DNA from: Marsupella aquatica
Lineage: Eukaryota; Plantae; Marchantiophyta
NCBI GenBank assembly: GCA_973895155.1
Contig: OZ316898.1
Coordinates: forward strand, 17,784,752-17,848,751
DNA length: 64,000 nucleotides
Reading direction: 5' to 3'
Part shown: positions 14,864 through 28,385 of the stretch, one piece after another
How positions within the stretch are numbered: position 1 is the stretch's first letter
Layout: every line of letters begins with the position of its first letter
The notes under the pieces: model-generated
Database searches by the model: none
Seen by the model: the letters and a program-made list of their open reading frames with translations, nothing else
What the model was told of the DNA's origin: nothing
Position numbers and translations under genes: made by a program

Positions 14864-15379
14864 TCCTAGTACCTTCCCTTCTCATTCCAATGGTTTTCCG
14901 GTTGTACGCAGTTACCTTCTTCAATGCAAGCTAAACTAGGATCCTAGCATTGTTCAATTTCACGGAGGCAAGTCTCTTACTGTAGTAATCTTATCAAGCA
15001 GCCTACTGCAGCTGCTGCCCTTAAGGATATAAAAGCTGAAAAAGAGGGCTCTGACCATTGTCAACGTTCAACTCTTACAAATCAGGACTTCTCCCATTTT
15101 ATCTTCAACCTGTATCCGTTCTGTTGTTTTATTGTCGCCTTAGTGATTGGGGCTTGGTGACCTCGAATTAGTGTGGTCACTTGCTAAGAGAAGGAAAAGG
15201 ATGACAGGCGGTGGGATGGAATGTGTATGCAGCAGTTTTTTTGTTTACTGGCGACAGTTTGCCAAACCTCGCCTCACTGGAAAAGTATTTGACACTTTTG
15301 GTTAGAGTTGGTCAGGTTTTTGTTTTCGATAAGCCACTTTCCCACCTAGTCACACACCCCATTAGCCAAGGACTATCCT

Positions 15380-15690
15380 TTAAATGTAGGAGGGGTCATC
15401 AATTCTCTAGTAAGATTTGACAAATAATATTCTTAGCATCTTCTCTTTCATAAAATGTGGCATTTGCCAGCATCTTCTCCTTCAAATGTAGGAGGGGTCA
15501 TCAATTCTCTAGTAAGATTTGACAAATAATATTCTTAGCATCTTCTCCTTCTTAAAATGTGGCATTTGCCAGCATCTTCTCCTTCAAATGTAGGAGGGGT
15601 CATCAATTCTCTAGTAAGATTTGACAAATAATATTCTTAGCATCTTCTCCTTCATAAAATGTGGCATTTGCCAGCATCTTCTCCTTCATA
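15380..15690. repeat. Tandem repeat, ~102-bp unit x3
   Basis: AAATGTAGGAGGGGTCATCAATTCTCTAGTAAGATTTGACAAATAATATTCTTAGCATC repeated three times. Confidence 0.85.
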
Positions 15691-15704
15691 AAAAGGTGAC
15701 ATTG

Positions 15705-16014
15705 AACCACCTGCATTGGTTAGTTGGCCAGGGAATGAGCCTAGAACCCAGAGGTCCTAGGTTCAATCCCACCTTCACACGCAACGGTTGTGTGGGTGTG
15801 TTTGTGTGGGTGGGGTGTAGTGGTGGGAATCCTAGTTTTGCTTCAACCCATGGCTAGTCCGCTTTGGGGCTCTGGTCCAACTCTCCCTCCCTCCCTCCTG
15901 GTTCCGGGTATGACCCCCTTGTGGGTTATCCCTACAGAAGTGCATGTTCCGGAGTTGATAGTATATCTTTTGTTGGATAGGTCAGCTTTCGATATTCAAG
16001 GCAAAAAAAATAGA
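15705..16014 (+). mobile_element. tRNA-derived SINE
   Basis: Pol III A-box-like TGGTTAGTTGG (15717-15727), B-box GGTTCAATCCC (15760-15770), A-rich 3' tail, and 15-bp TSD AAAAAGGTGACATTG at 15690-15704 and 16015-16029. Confidence 0.85.
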
Positions 16015-16499
16015 AAAAAGGTGACATTGCTGGCCTACAACTTCTCTAGTACAATTTGATAAATAATATGCTTAGTATTTTCTCATTGGCTGAAGGTGAC
16101 ATTTGTCAGCCTTTCAAAAATTCTTTGATAAAATTTGATAAATAATTACTCATTCTTAGCGTCTTCTCCTGCACAGTACATCTACCGTCCTGATGGGAAA
16201 GACAACCTTATAAATTACCCGAGCATTCAGGAAACAGGGAAGTAAGAATAGGCTTGGACCAAAAATTAGGGGGAAGACAAGGTTTAGTACTCAACATTGA
16301 TGACAACTGGAAAGGGCGGACGCTAAAGATGTAGTAGTGGTCTATGTCTTTGCACCGACCACTAACTCTTCTAGTAGTACTATGTTTCAGTGTATATCAT
16401 TGCGACATCCGGTGGGTTTACAAAAAGGCAGGGGCCCATTGCAGCATTTGATTCTATCTGAGATCAAAGCTGAACTATACAATGATTGGAAACTGTTCC

Positions 16500-16640
16500 A
16501 GTTGGCTTTGCAACCACATTTTATTCCATCTGATATGCTTTGCGACTACATTTTATTCCATCTGAGATTGGCTTTGCAACCACATTTTATTCCATCTGAT
16601 ATGCTTTGCGACTACATTTTATTCCATCTGAGATTGAAGA
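16500..16640. repeat. Tandem duplication, ~66-bp unit x2
   Basis: TTGGCTTTGCAACCACATTTTATTCCATCTGATATGCTTTGCGACTACATTTTATTCCATCTGAGA duplicated. Confidence 0.8.
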
Positions 16641-18404
16641 TGAACCATATAATGATTAAAAACTGTTCCAGTTGGCTTTACAACAATTCAGGGGCCATGG
16701 GTTGACACAATGTCTTGTAATTAGGACCGATGTACAGAAAAGTCGTCTCCCAAGGTCCCAAAACTGCCAACGATGCAAAGCTCGCTGAAAAAATGCCCTT
16801 CAGTGAAAGGGCTAGTCAATTGCTCTCGGCCCACTAATAAAATACTATTAAGGTGCTCAGGGCGTTCTTTAAGGTTTTGTAGTGAAGATGATAGATAACT
16901 CCTTTTACGGTAGTGACAATATCAAACAATTAAGGTTGGGAGCCTTCATTGAACAAGGGTATTTTGAATTGCTTTTCGAAATTCTTTTAAGAGAGGCTCC
17001 AGTATGTGTGCTTCCTGGGTCTGGGCCTCAGACAGGAGAGCGCAAATAGAGATCCGGACCTTTAACAAACGATGTTGCTGCCCAGTTTTAGTATGCAATG
17101 GGAGTTCAACCTTCGACTAACAATGGCGAACCCCTCAGTCCTACACTCAGAGATCCAAGACAACCTATCCTCTTGAACAGAAACCAAACATTGAATACCT
17201 ACACATACAAGCAAGCATTCCTGACACCTACACCAGCTAGCTTGATTCAATATAGATAAATTACATTTATTTAATAGAATACAGTTCAGTTCACAAATAG
17301 GGAGCAAATAAGTCTAACCTGCGTTACACTAACAATATAAAAGGAAAAAGCTAGACCACGCACAGCCCAAATACGTAACTACCCATCACTCACCTCTCTC
17401 CCCCACCACCCAGCAACCCTAAAAAAACACGAACATAAAGAAGAAAAGAAAGAAGAGAAAGAAGAGAATGAAAAGAAAGAAAAGGAAAAAGCAGTTCTCG
17501 ACACAAGTGAGACACTGATTTACCCTCACTGGCCCCTGCTATGGATACCAGTCAAGTCACTAGGGACAACGACCATTTCTAACAAGACACAAGTAAACAA
17601 CCATCCAGCCTGCATTTACCCATCCCAAGAGCGTTAAAAGGCTCTCGACTCTGGACTCATGAATTTCCCAGACCCTCCCCTGAAAGAACTCATAATAATG
17701 ACGTCAACCGAGAAAGATACTGCAAATGGAGCGCAGGGAAACAGCAGCTACAGAGGAGAAGACAAAACTACAGGCAGCTATGCATAGAAACCCCTTAGCT
17801 AGAAGGCTAACATATAAAATGTCGGATTCCTTGTATTTTGGCCCTCCTGTAGAAAGGTAAGACCTGTCTGATGATGAATGATGTGTCCCGAAGCAGCAAC
17901 ATGTCACAAAGTTAGGGATGGAGCAAGCTCGCCACTTCTCCCTCATTGTGCTCTTGATTGTTGAGAAGAAGAAGAAGAAAAAGAAGACGAAAAAGAAGAA
18001 GAGAAGAAGAGAGCAAAACAGCAGAGTCAAACAAGTATTACCCTACCACAGTATAACTACAACTGAACTTCTAACTGATAGCATCGTCTAACAGGCACCT
18101 CAACAAGTAGCGTAATTCTACCACGAAACCCACCCCCTTTTGTCTAAACCACACAACAAACAGGTGTTAAACTAATCCTAGGCATCCCACTAGACCCTCT
18201 TTCCCCTCCCCACCTCCCCACCCCTGGAAACTGCTTAGACCGCGCATTTGATTTCTCACAGAACCTGTCCTAAGGCTCAGACATCACAGGACCTATATGT
18301 ACTAAGGCTCACTCGGGAACCACAAGACTAGATTTCCTGCGAAAGAACAGAACACGTCAAAAATTGCATATGTTTTTGAGAAACAAAACTCTTCAGAGCT
18401 GCTT

Positions 18405-20269
18405 TCACTTCCTTTTCTTCTTGGGTGGTTCGAGGTCCTCGATGTCCTCCTCAGACTCGCCATCTACCTCATCCTCGTCCTCATCTTCAGGGTCTTCTTC
18501 TTCCCCATCCTCTTCATCTTCCTCTTGCTCTTCGTCACCATCTTCTTCGCCATCTTCTTCGCCTTCGACGTCATCCTCTTCTTCACCCTCTTCTTCTCCA
18601 TCGTCATTTTTGCCATTATCCTCAGCTTCACCATCATCCTCACCATCTTCCTCGCCTGCTTCTTCTTCGCCTTCTTCGTCCTCACCTTCTACATCCTCTT
18701 CATCGTCGCCGGGTTCAAGCTTGTTGTCGTTATCGTTGTCATCTTCCTCTTCTTCCTCATAATCATCGTCATCATTGTCGTCGTCGTCGTCATCATCCTC
18801 ATCATCGTCGTCTTGTTCTTTACCTTTGGCAGCAGTCAGTACCCAGTCCGCGGTTCCATTCGTCTCATGGGTGGATCGCTTCTCAGGACTGGAATCGTTA
18901 CTCGTAGGCTCGTTGCAAACAGTTACTTTCTTGGTGGCCCCAGTGCCCTGCTGGGAAACAAGGCATATCAGAATTATTGATCGGCTTCATCGTCTCCCAA
19001 AAATCCTCCACATTAAGATTTGCTTCATTCCAACTTAGATGCGCTTGTTCTGGATCCAATCAACTGTGCGACCCCTTGCACACCTATCGGGACAATCGCA
19101 AGCCTGGGAAATACATATTCCCGATTCGACCGACATTCTCTGGTGTTGTTGCGACTGCAACCACTTCATTTCGGTCCGGATGCGCTGAATAGAATTTCCT
19201 TGCTACTGTTTACAGCAAGAAACGGGGGAGGCATGTAAGCATGCGAAGGGAAAGAGACTTACGATTACTTTGGCTGTTTGTGGAGTCTCGTCCAATAGAG
19301 GTGCTTTCCACTCGCTGCAGACAATTGCATCTACGTTGATGAGATTACCGTTTTCTTCCTCCGGTTGTTCAATATCGTCCTGCACCGTGAAGGTATCGGC
19401 CGAAACCAAAGCATGATCGCACCTTTTTGTACCAGTGCAATTAGCGCAATTTGCGGAAGTAGCCATTTTGCCAAACCCTGCACAAGGTAGGAGACTCAAG
19501 CTCAGAGATACAAGCGCAGCATTACTGTGCCTTTCGGTTCTACTTCGACGCAATAAAAGTGATCGAAGGCAAGACACTAAGATATTAAACTCATAACACA
19601 ATGATTTCCATACCTCGTAAACCTAGGGACATGGTACCATTGACCTCTGTCTTCTCGGAAAGAAAAGCGAAAGCGGCAGGGTCGAGCATGCTGCAAAGCT
19701 CGCGTAAAACCACCTGAAACAAAGTCGCGGCAGTCGGTAAGACACAGATATTTATAAACCTTTCAATTCCTTCACTCTCGAAGATCATTTAAAACCATGA
19801 CCCTTCGTTTCTTGATAGCAAACAAAACTCCCTCGAAGGACTCTTCACAAGTATTCACTATAACCCTACCGCAGCAGATCGCCGGCAGCCCTAAACAGCG
19901 TTTTCAATTGACGTTGGTCCGATGGACTCAACTCCTTTGACCCCAACCCTGAGAGGTGAATCACAAGAGCACCACGAAGCGACAGCAGACGATTGCTGAG
20001 ACCTAGACAGCATCTCAAACGCACAGTTGTTGCAACAGTAAAGAACGGCGGACTGGCCAGAACAGAGAGAGAGAGAGGCAAGAAGGAGGGCCAGATCGGG
20101 AAACCTGTCGAATGATTACAGCCATGGGGCGGCCAAAAAGCTCAACCACGAAATCCTCAAGAACCGCTCGCATCGTCGTGTGCAGGGCCATCTTGACCCG
20201 AGCTTCGGCAGCTTGAAGCCAAGCTGCGGGCGTTTCGTCGATGGCAATCGAAACCCTCGTACTCTGCAT
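18405..20269 (-). CDS. Acidic (D/E-rich) nuclear protein with C-terminal NLS EPPKKKRK, paralog A; predicted exons 20269-20105, 19713-19623, 19477-19263, 18947-18405 (~337 aa)
   Basis: The last exon encodes a long D/E tract ending EPPKKKRK*. The four exons join in frame through GT-AG junctions (phases 0, 1, 0), with a NAGNAG acceptor at 18947/18950. The 5' exons are less certain; an ATG at 19466 would give a 248-aa product. Confidence 0.7.
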
Positions 20270-20417
20270 ACTCAGGAAATCGGGGTGTCGATGATTCTTC
20301 GTATCATTGTTGAAAAAACCTGTGTGTTGGGTACGACAGTGAAACAGAGTGGTGTCATTGCCCATATCATGTAGACGCGTCATCATTGCGTATCCTACGA
20401 TTATATATTGTTTCATT

Positions 20418-22480
20418 GCTTTCTCCTTTTTACTGATTGCATGCGTGCCTGTTGAATGTCAAACTCGGATGGACCTATGGCTTTCTCCTTTTTACTGATT
20501 GCATGCGTGCCTATTGAATGTCAAACTCGGATGGACCCTTAAGTTTTTCCCTTTTGCTGATTGCATGAGTGCTTCTGAATATGAAACTCGGATGGACCCA
20601 TGAGTTCCTCCTTTTTACTGATGGCATGAGTGCGTACTAAATATCAAACTCGGATGGACCCGTGGCTTTCTCCTTTCTACTGATTGCATGAGTGTCTACT
20701 GCATATGAAACTTGGATGGACCCATGAGTTTGGTCTGAAGCCTTCTCCTTTTTAGAGCATCCGCACCGGTGCTCGGCATTGGGCTACGGGCCGGCATTTA
20801 CTCCCATATACAGGCCTGAGGTGTTTTTTTGGGTTGCACCGGTGGTAGGCGTCGGCATATTTTTTCCAGGCTACTGTGCTTTGAGTTTTCCAGATTGGAA
20901 TATGTCGGGTATTTCCAAGTCTGGATTCTGCTTTTGCCAGTGCTGCCAAAGCACATCGACGGGCGTCCTCGCGCCACATGTTCACATCTCCTGCCTCATG
21001 CTATCGTTTTTCCACTTCGCAGTGTCGACAGCCAGCGCTCCCGCATGCTGAAGTTGGTTCGAACTTGGGATGCAGGGGTTTGAACTCACCGGGTGCGGCT
21101 TTTCAAGGGTGTTTTACCAAGGACCGGTGCAACGCGATTTTTTCAGCCGGACAGTATTGCGATGCAGGCCATATCAAGCATGCCAAAAAACTTCCTTTGG
21201 CAGTGCCGGGCCGCGAAATCTGTGCGGATGCTCTTACTGATTTCATGAGTGACTATTGAATATCAAACTTGAATGGACCCATGGCTTTCTCCTTTTTACT
21301 GATTGCATGAGTGACTACTGAATATCAAACTCGCATGGACCCATGGGTTTCTCCTTTTCACTGATTGCATGAGTGCCTATTGAATATGAAACTCGGATGG
21401 ACCATGACTTTGGTCTGAATCCTTCTCCTTTTTACTGATTGTATGAGTGACTATTGAATAGCAAACTCGGATGGACCCATGGCTTTCTCCTTTTTACTGA
21501 TTGCATGAGTGCCTACTGAAATATCAAACTCGGATGGACCCATGGCTTTTTCCTTTTTACTGATTGCATGAGTGCCTATTGAATATGAAACTAGGATGGA
21601 CCCATGAGTTTGGTCTGAAGCCTTCTCCATTTACTGATTGCATGCGTGAATATTGAATATGAAACTTGGATGGACCCATGGCTTTCTCCGTTTTACTGAT
21701 TGCATGAGTGCCTACTGAATATCAAACTCACATGGACCCATGGCTTTTTCCTTTTTACTGATTGCATGAGTGCCTACTGCATACCAAACTCGGATGGACC
21801 CATGAGTTTGGTCTGAAGCTCCCATGACTTCCAAAGCTAGGATGCATCAGAACATGAAAACATGCTCTTTAGGGTTTTGATTGACATAGGATCTGTAAAC
21901 ACACTTCTGACCCTTTGGTGTTGAATTCCAATGGTTTATGCTGCGTGCATGCGTGACTATTGAATATGAAGCTTGGATGGACCCATAGGTTTGCTCTGAA
22001 GCCCCCATGGACTTCTAAAGCTAGGATGGACTGCATCGGAACATCAAACAATGCTTGGATAGTTCTCTTTGATTGAAATATGACTTGTAAACACTTTCCT
22101 AACTGTTTGCCATTGATTTCCATGGATTTATGCCAAGCTAAGTCGCTGGTCATTTGACTACTTTTTACTCATTGTATGAGTCACTATTGAATATGAAACT
22201 CGGATGGACCCATGGGTTTGCTTTGAAGCCCCATGGACTTCCAAAGCTAGGATGGACTGCATCGGAACATCAAACAATTCTCCAATAATTCTTTTTGATT
22301 GAAATATGACTTGTAGACACGCTCCTTGCCATTTGCAGTTGATTTCCATGGGTTTATGCCGAGCTAAGCTGTTGTTCATTTGACTACTTTTACTGATTGC
22401 ATAAGTGACTATTGAATATGAAACTTGGATGGACTGATGAGTTTGCTCTAAAGGCCCCATGGATTTGAAAAGCTAGGATG
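20418..22480. repeat. Satellite, ~62-bp unit (CTTTCTCCTTTTTACTGATTGCATGAGTGCCTATTGAATATCAAACTCGGATGGACCCATGG), merging into longer units to the right
   Basis: About 5 copies at 20418-20754 and about 10 at 21234-21810, plus ~240-bp units up to ~22480; interrupted by a MITE. Confidence 0.9.
20755..21233. mobile_element. PIF/Harbinger (Tourist) MITE inserted in the satellite
   Basis: 12-bp perfect TIR GAGCATCCGCAC / GTGCGGATGCTC and TTA TSD (20752-20754, 21234-21236). The satellite unit resumes exactly across the insertion. Confidence 0.9.
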
Positions 22481-24387
22481 GACAGCAAAGGATATCAGAG
22501 AAGTCTCAAAACTTCCCAGCAATAGATTGGACATGAGAAAATTATTTTAATAATCGGGGACTACATGAGGGACCCTTATTTTAATATTAGAGGACTACAG
22601 CACATGACCGACCTGAATGCACAAACACATGGTGCACTTATGCACCATGTGCTAGGCAGACTGTACTGTACCTAGCCTAATGCCATGCCCCGTCATGTTT
22701 GTTGCGGTGATCAAAATCCCTTTGGACAGAGAGCAGCACCAGAAAGTGAGCTTTTGATCGCGAGCTCAAAACGCCCTACGGACAAACAGCAGACGTCAGC
22801 CGCCAAAGACAAAAAAATAATTACCAAATCGTCTCATCAAACTGATTTGGAAAAGGAGAAACGGTTTTTTCTCTAATCGACAAATGTCCCGTGCTCAGAT
22901 TAGGACATAGAGTCAGAAGACGGCGGTACCATACTTTTTGTTGTCTCTATTCATGTATGCAGTTTATAATTATTCTTGTATTTTCTATTTAGCTACAATA
23001 GGTCATTTAATATTACTGCCAGCAAAACTTTCTTGGAAAGTCAATGCGAAGAGATTCCTTTTAATTGATCAATTAAGTACATTGAGTGCCTCCACTCACT
23101 GCATGTGACCCTCTCATGGAAGCCAAGAGTCACCGTTGATGTCTAGGTGTAGGGCTCACACCCCAATCCTACACCTTATCCAAGGTGCGGCAGCACCTTG
23201 TTTTATAAGTGAACTGAATTTCATTTATGCATTATGTATGTGCACCATCTGCACTACCCCATAAGTGCATGCAAACAAGTCATGCACTTCTCCATATGTT
23301 TTGTCAGGTCGCCCATATCAGACTATGCACACCTCGAGCCCTCATTTTGGAGGAATATTGGAGGATTAAAGAAGATAAGTTTATGAAACTACTTAATCTA
23401 ATTCACTAGTGCACTTATTAGTAAACGCATCTTATGCATTGCAGTAAGTGATAAATGCATGTGTCCACTTATCGATGGAATGCACTTATGTGTTTTCAGT
23501 CAATGGCAATCAAAATGCACTTATAAGATCTTCATTTTCTGGTTATTTACAAAAGAGGTGACTTCTCTTAGATTGTTTTCCAACTGAACTGATACTGTAA
23601 CCTTTTTCAACTTTTTCAAAAACATGTACCCAACATGCAACACTCAGAATTTATGCATAGTAGGTCTAATCTCTTAAACTTTAATTTTTTATTTTTATTT
23701 TTATTTTTTATTTTTATTTATTTTTTCTTTGAACTTCTTAAACTTTAATAAGGCTGGGGAAAGAGGGAACTACTGTATCATTTTGGATAATCATGAAAAA
23801 TGTGACGAGGTTGGTGTTCACCTCGTGACACCCTAAGGCAGACTTAAATAGATCCATACAGGAAGCCAAGATATATAAATTTTAAACAGTAGACTAATCC
23901 ATAAATTCCGAGCTTTGCATATTTGGTACTTTTCTTTTTAAAGCTGAAAACTTATTTAGGATCCATGTATTGGAAAAATATGTCACTGAATGTTGCCATT
24001 GCAAAGCGTTGATGCTCGGTTTTTCCTTTTGTGCAACTTTGATTAGAAAAGAGACACCAATCATGCCTGGTTGAAGCAGCTTAGGGATAATTATCTCTGT
24101 TGAATTTGTTGCTAAAGTTGCACGAAAAAGTTTATAACCTTTTACAGAGAATCAAAGGGATTGGCACAGGGGATTGTCAGCACCAATTATTGCATCTATA
24201 GACGTGTTGCCACATAGACCAGAAGCCACACCAAGTGGATGCTGTTTTTTTTTTCTCGCTTCTCCTTTGTCGTTAACCACAATGCTTGCAGATGGAGCTT
24301 CTTCTCATTCCTTCCTGTGGTTGTAGCCTGAGATTAGCCAATAGCATAGGAACCTGTAATCTAATTGTGGGTTGATCTGGCATTCAG

Positions 24388-24670
24388 GTCCATCCAAACT
24401 TCAAGAGGAAGTTCCTTTTTGGTCAATTATAGCTGACGAAAACATAAAATTGTCAACAGCTAAAACGAGTTGTTTATCAGGGGCATCCAAACTTAGACGA
24501 GGAAGTTCCTTGTTGCTCTTGTAGAGCTGACCAAAACATAAATTTATCAGCAGCTAGAAGAGTTGTTTATCTGGTCCATCCAAACTTCGAAGAGGAAGTC
24601 CCTTTCTGCTCATGTAGAGCTGACCAAAACATAAACTTGTCAGCAACTAAGAAGAGTTGTTTATCGTGGC
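24388..24670. repeat. Tandem repeat, ~92-bp unit x3
   Basis: CATCCAAACTT...GAGGAAGT.CCTT...AGCTGAC.AAAACATAAA.TT.TCA.CA.CTA repeated three times. Confidence 0.75.
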
Positions 24671-26570
24671 TGTAAGGTGGCGCATATTGAATCACACTGA
24701 ATCTAGAGTGAATCTCACATGGATAAGAAAATGTACTGTGAATTGTATTCATCACGCCCTTCGAGTGGGAAAATTCTAAATGTATGCACTGTGTTGGTTT
24801 GACATTCAAAATCCTTGGGCAGAAGGAGGCTGACTCACCGGAAACCTTTCGGAACGTGGATTTTGATAACTTGCAGCACTGATTCCTTGAATTCTCCGTC
24901 AATTGACGATTATTGTGATTTGTACAAAGGAATTCTGTGTCCATTGACGATTACTCTGACTTTTACAAAGGACGAAGAACTGTGCTGAGTTCACATTTGG
25001 ACTTCTCGTAATATATGTTGCCTCGCAAAAACTCATTCTCTTCGGGGACATCGGATAAAATTGGGACGTCTCGTAATATACCTTCATGATTGGCAGTAAC
25101 CTGCATGGAAAGAAGTACTGTAGGGGGACAGTACTGTACTCAGTTCACATTTGAACGTCTTGTAAGGAAATATCTTTCATGATTGGCAAGGCCAAGTCGC
25201 TTCGTTGCTCGAGGTGAAGGCCCAGTATTGCGTTACCGACACAGAAATTTAACATTGATATGAGATCCAGGTGGGGAAAAGTTGACTAGGGTGTTGAAGC
25301 CGACGTGAATAGGGCATAGAGGTGGAAATTGCTCAAGCTTCGACCTCCGTATTCACAAGCTTACTGGAAAATATGGCACAGGGAATAGAATTCAGCCGGA
25401 TGAAACAAGAGTACATCTGAGAACCAAAAGAACGTGTTCTGCCTTCAGCGGAGATGCTATCGATTTTGAGAAATTCACGAGGGGTTGCAAGAAGGTCAAA
25501 GCTAAAATCAGAAAACAACACACCAGGAGGTATTCAATCAGAACAGGACCTGGAATTTTAAATGTTATATCAGATCATAAAGGAAAATCCACAACAGAGG
25601 ATTTTGGAGCAGCGAAAGAAGTTAGGAGCGAATGATGCCGACTTATAAGAACCAAGGGCAGGTAACATGAGTTCTAATCAACAATGCAACGCACAAGAGC
25701 ACCAACAGATACAAATGTGCAGTCAATTTATTCTCTAGGTAACCAATTTTCCAGCCGTGCCGAGTTTTTTATGGACTAGAACCGAAATGGGAATACAATC
25801 AAGAGGAATCGGACGTGGAGAAAAGGTTCCTAGAAAGTGCAAGGAGAATATGGGATAACTCCGAAAGAGCAGATCTGTAACACCGCATGCACACTAATGA
25901 AGTTCCCAGTTGTTAGCCAACAGGTGCAGGAGTTCAAACCAACAACATTGAGACAAAAGATGGGCGAAGCGCATCACACAAGCTACAGGGAGGAGTCTTC
26001 ATCAATAATAGCCAACAAGCATTAAGTAAAACGAGAAACCTTCAACAACAGAAATGAGCTAAAACCAAATTTACGAATAGGAAAACTCATCAAACAGGAC
26101 AAGACCAAAAAGAGTCTCCAAAAGGTCCACTGAAAGGGTTCTATCGGCTAAAACAGGCTATGCAAAACAAGCGGTAGATGAGCCACTTGCTTCTGATTTA
26201 TTTATGAAAGAAATTCAAAAAATGGGTGGATGAGGCATTGGCCCTATAACTCTAAACCAAAAATGCCAACATTTCGAGTAACACAAGTTCCATGAATCGT
26301 CTAATCAAACCGCGGCTTTCCCCAGCATTTCAAGGACTTCAAAAGTAGCAATCCCTGAACAAGACAAGAGCTGCCCATATCAACACCTGCATCTATACAG
26401 AATCTCTGACGGCATTACAAACGAGCGGGAGGGTCGCTCGTATGCCGCCGAGCAGTTACACCCGACAGGAGAAGGCTAAACTTCCTTTCACTTCACTTCA
26501 CTTCATCCGAAGAAAATAACTTCAAAAAGGAGATCAATCATCATACAAACAAAGTAACAAAAAGGAGCAA

Positions 26571-26861
26571 TCATGCTTTAGGAGTCTTCCGCTCCTGGAC
26601 CTTTTGCTTCATCCACCCGACACCTGCTGACATTTTCGTGGCTGCGAGGGAAGCCCCCACTTTGGCTTTAGATAACCCAGTGCTAGCAGCAGACTTCGCC
26701 TTCCTGCCGACCTCCGCCATCTTCTCCTTCTTCGTGCCTGCGGCCGGTTTCGGTTGCTCCTGCTGGGAGGTGCTGTCATTGAACTTGTAGTCCCATTGAT
26801 CTGCCCACCCTAATCCCTCGGAGCTAGATCTCGAAAAAGGCTCGATACTATTCTTCGACAT
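26571..26861 (-). CDS. Small (96 aa) conserved plant protein of the 'WADQWD' family
   Basis: Intronless ORF MSKNS...GWADQWDY...KAKSAASTGLSKAKVGA...GVGWMKQK. The WADQWD motif plus K-rich amphipathic helix ending GxxWxKxK matches a widespread uncharacterised plant family. Confidence 0.85.
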   Translation of the reverse strand: MSKNSIEPFSRSSSEGLGWADQWDYKFNDSTSQQEQPKPAAGTKKEKMAEVGRKAKSAASTGLSKAKVGASLAATKMSAGVGWMKQKVQERKTPKA

Positions 26862-27044
26862 CTCTGTGCAAGCCCTCACCAACAACCCCTAGTCCGCCAA
26901 ACCAGTCGAAAACCGATCTCACACGACCTTCAATCACCACACATACGCCGCTGGCGACGAGCTACTCGACCGATCTCTCGGAACAAAGCTCGCAGTCCAC
27001 GATCCGGAGCAATTCGAGTCGCCCCACCAACCACTCAACCAATC

Positions 27045-27545
27045 CTTACCAGAACACGACCCGAACTGGCTGATTAATGTGCTGCAGCGGCACGATCGAT
27101 CTTTCTTCTTTCTTGCTTCTCCTTCACATCTGACGAGAGCCTGTTCAGCGAAACTCCGCGTCAACGTCCACCACCCAACCAGTCCTTCCTGACCAGAACA
27201 CGACCCGAACAGGATGATCAATGTGCTGCAACGGAACGATCAATCGATCTTTCTTTTCGATCTTCCTTCCCTTCCTTCTTGCTTCCTCTTCTTCACAGCT
27301 GACGAGAGCCCGTTCACTGAAACTCCGAGTCGCCCACCAACAACCCACACAAATTCTTCCTTCCTGACAAGAACACGCCCGAACTGTACACAAAGGATGA
27401 ATGTGCTGCAGCAGCAGAGCAATCGATCTTTCTTTCTTTCTTTCTTTCTTTCCTTCTTGCTTTCCTTCTTGCCTTCCTTTTTGCTTCTTGCTTCTTCTTC
27501 ACATCCGACGAGAGCCAGTTGCGTGAAGCTCTGCGTCAACGGCAC
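27045..27545. repeat. Three imperfect ~150-175-bp repeats in the putative 5' leader of the WADQWD gene
   Basis: AGAACACG.CCCGAAC...AATGTGCTGCA...ATCGATCTTT...GACGAGAGCC recurs at ~27050, ~27195 and ~27370. Confidence 0.7.
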
Positions 27546-28113
27546 CAATGAACGCCTTTTTTCGTTTGCGAGGATGAGGACCTGGAGCAGGAAGCTACAG
27601 GTGCAGCAGCCCACCGAGGAACGGGGTGAGGAATCCACAGGAGAGGAGCAAGTAGCCCACCGGACCAGGGAGAGTAGTCAATGCAAAATCAGTCCGTCTG
27701 GAAACAATCCAAGGTCTCCTAATCTCCTTCTTGCATCTTTCGCGCTCGCCTCAGTTGCCTGCCTGCCTGCCTGCCTGCCTGCCTGGTGCCTACCTGCACC
27801 ACAGTAGGAATAATAATGCTCCTCCTGTACTGGAGCTGGCAGTCGTCACTTTGAGAGTTTTGAGAGCATCCGCTCGACCGCTCGTGAGCTCATCACCGCC
27901 GCCTCCTGCGTTCAACGATCCCAATTCCCAATTCCCAAGTCTCGTCTCTCGTCAAAGCTCCAGCAATAATTATGGCCAAAGTCACTCTCTCCTTTTGAAT
28001 GATTCCAATAATTATGGCCGAATTCACTCACTCCTTTTCTATAGGGGTAATGAGGTTTGGTATAGGGTTACTAGCCATTAACCCTATGACCAGAAAGTGA
28101 GAAATGTTATTGA

Positions 28114-28385
28114 GGGAAAACTTTTATGAGCTTTGTGTCAACCGGTTTCATACTAGGGGGTCTCACACCTTGGAGTTGCGGGAAAGAAATGATGCCCCGA
28201 AGAAGTATCAGTTTTGGTCATGCTTCAGCAGTGTGCGGACACTGATTTTTGGGAAAACTTTTATGAGCTTTGTTTGAACCGGTTCATACTAGGTCTGTCT
28301 CACACCTTGGAGTTGCGGGAAAGAAATTATGCCCCGAAGAAGTATCAGTTTTGGTCATGCTTCAGCACTGCGCGGACACGGATTT
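28114..28385. repeat. Tandem duplication (~137 bp x2) inside an imperfect inverted repeat (~28032-28579), probably a MITE remnant
   Basis: GGAAAACTTTTATGAGCTTTGTG/T...GCGGACAC duplicated. CCATTAACCCTATGACCAGAAAGT (~28076) is inverted relative to ACTTTCTGGGCATAGGGTTATGG (~28531). No TSD found. Confidence 0.6.

Noticed and set aside
15705-15780. tRNA gene
   Set aside because: It has A and B boxes but no convincing acceptor stem, and continues into a body, A-tail and TSD, so it is a SINE.
18364-18980. Ser-rich, His/Leu-rich and hydrophobic + strand ORFs (also 44220-44875)
   Set aside because: Antisense shadows of the GAN-rich acidic coding exons.
20752-21259. Several 77-93 aa ORFs as a gene embedded in the satellite
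   Set aside because: They coincide with the TIR/TTA-bounded Tourist MITE and show no protein motifs.
20418-22480. CRISPR-like regular repeat array
   Set aside because: Units are contiguous with no unique spacers, there are no cas genes and the context is eukaryotic; it is a satellite.
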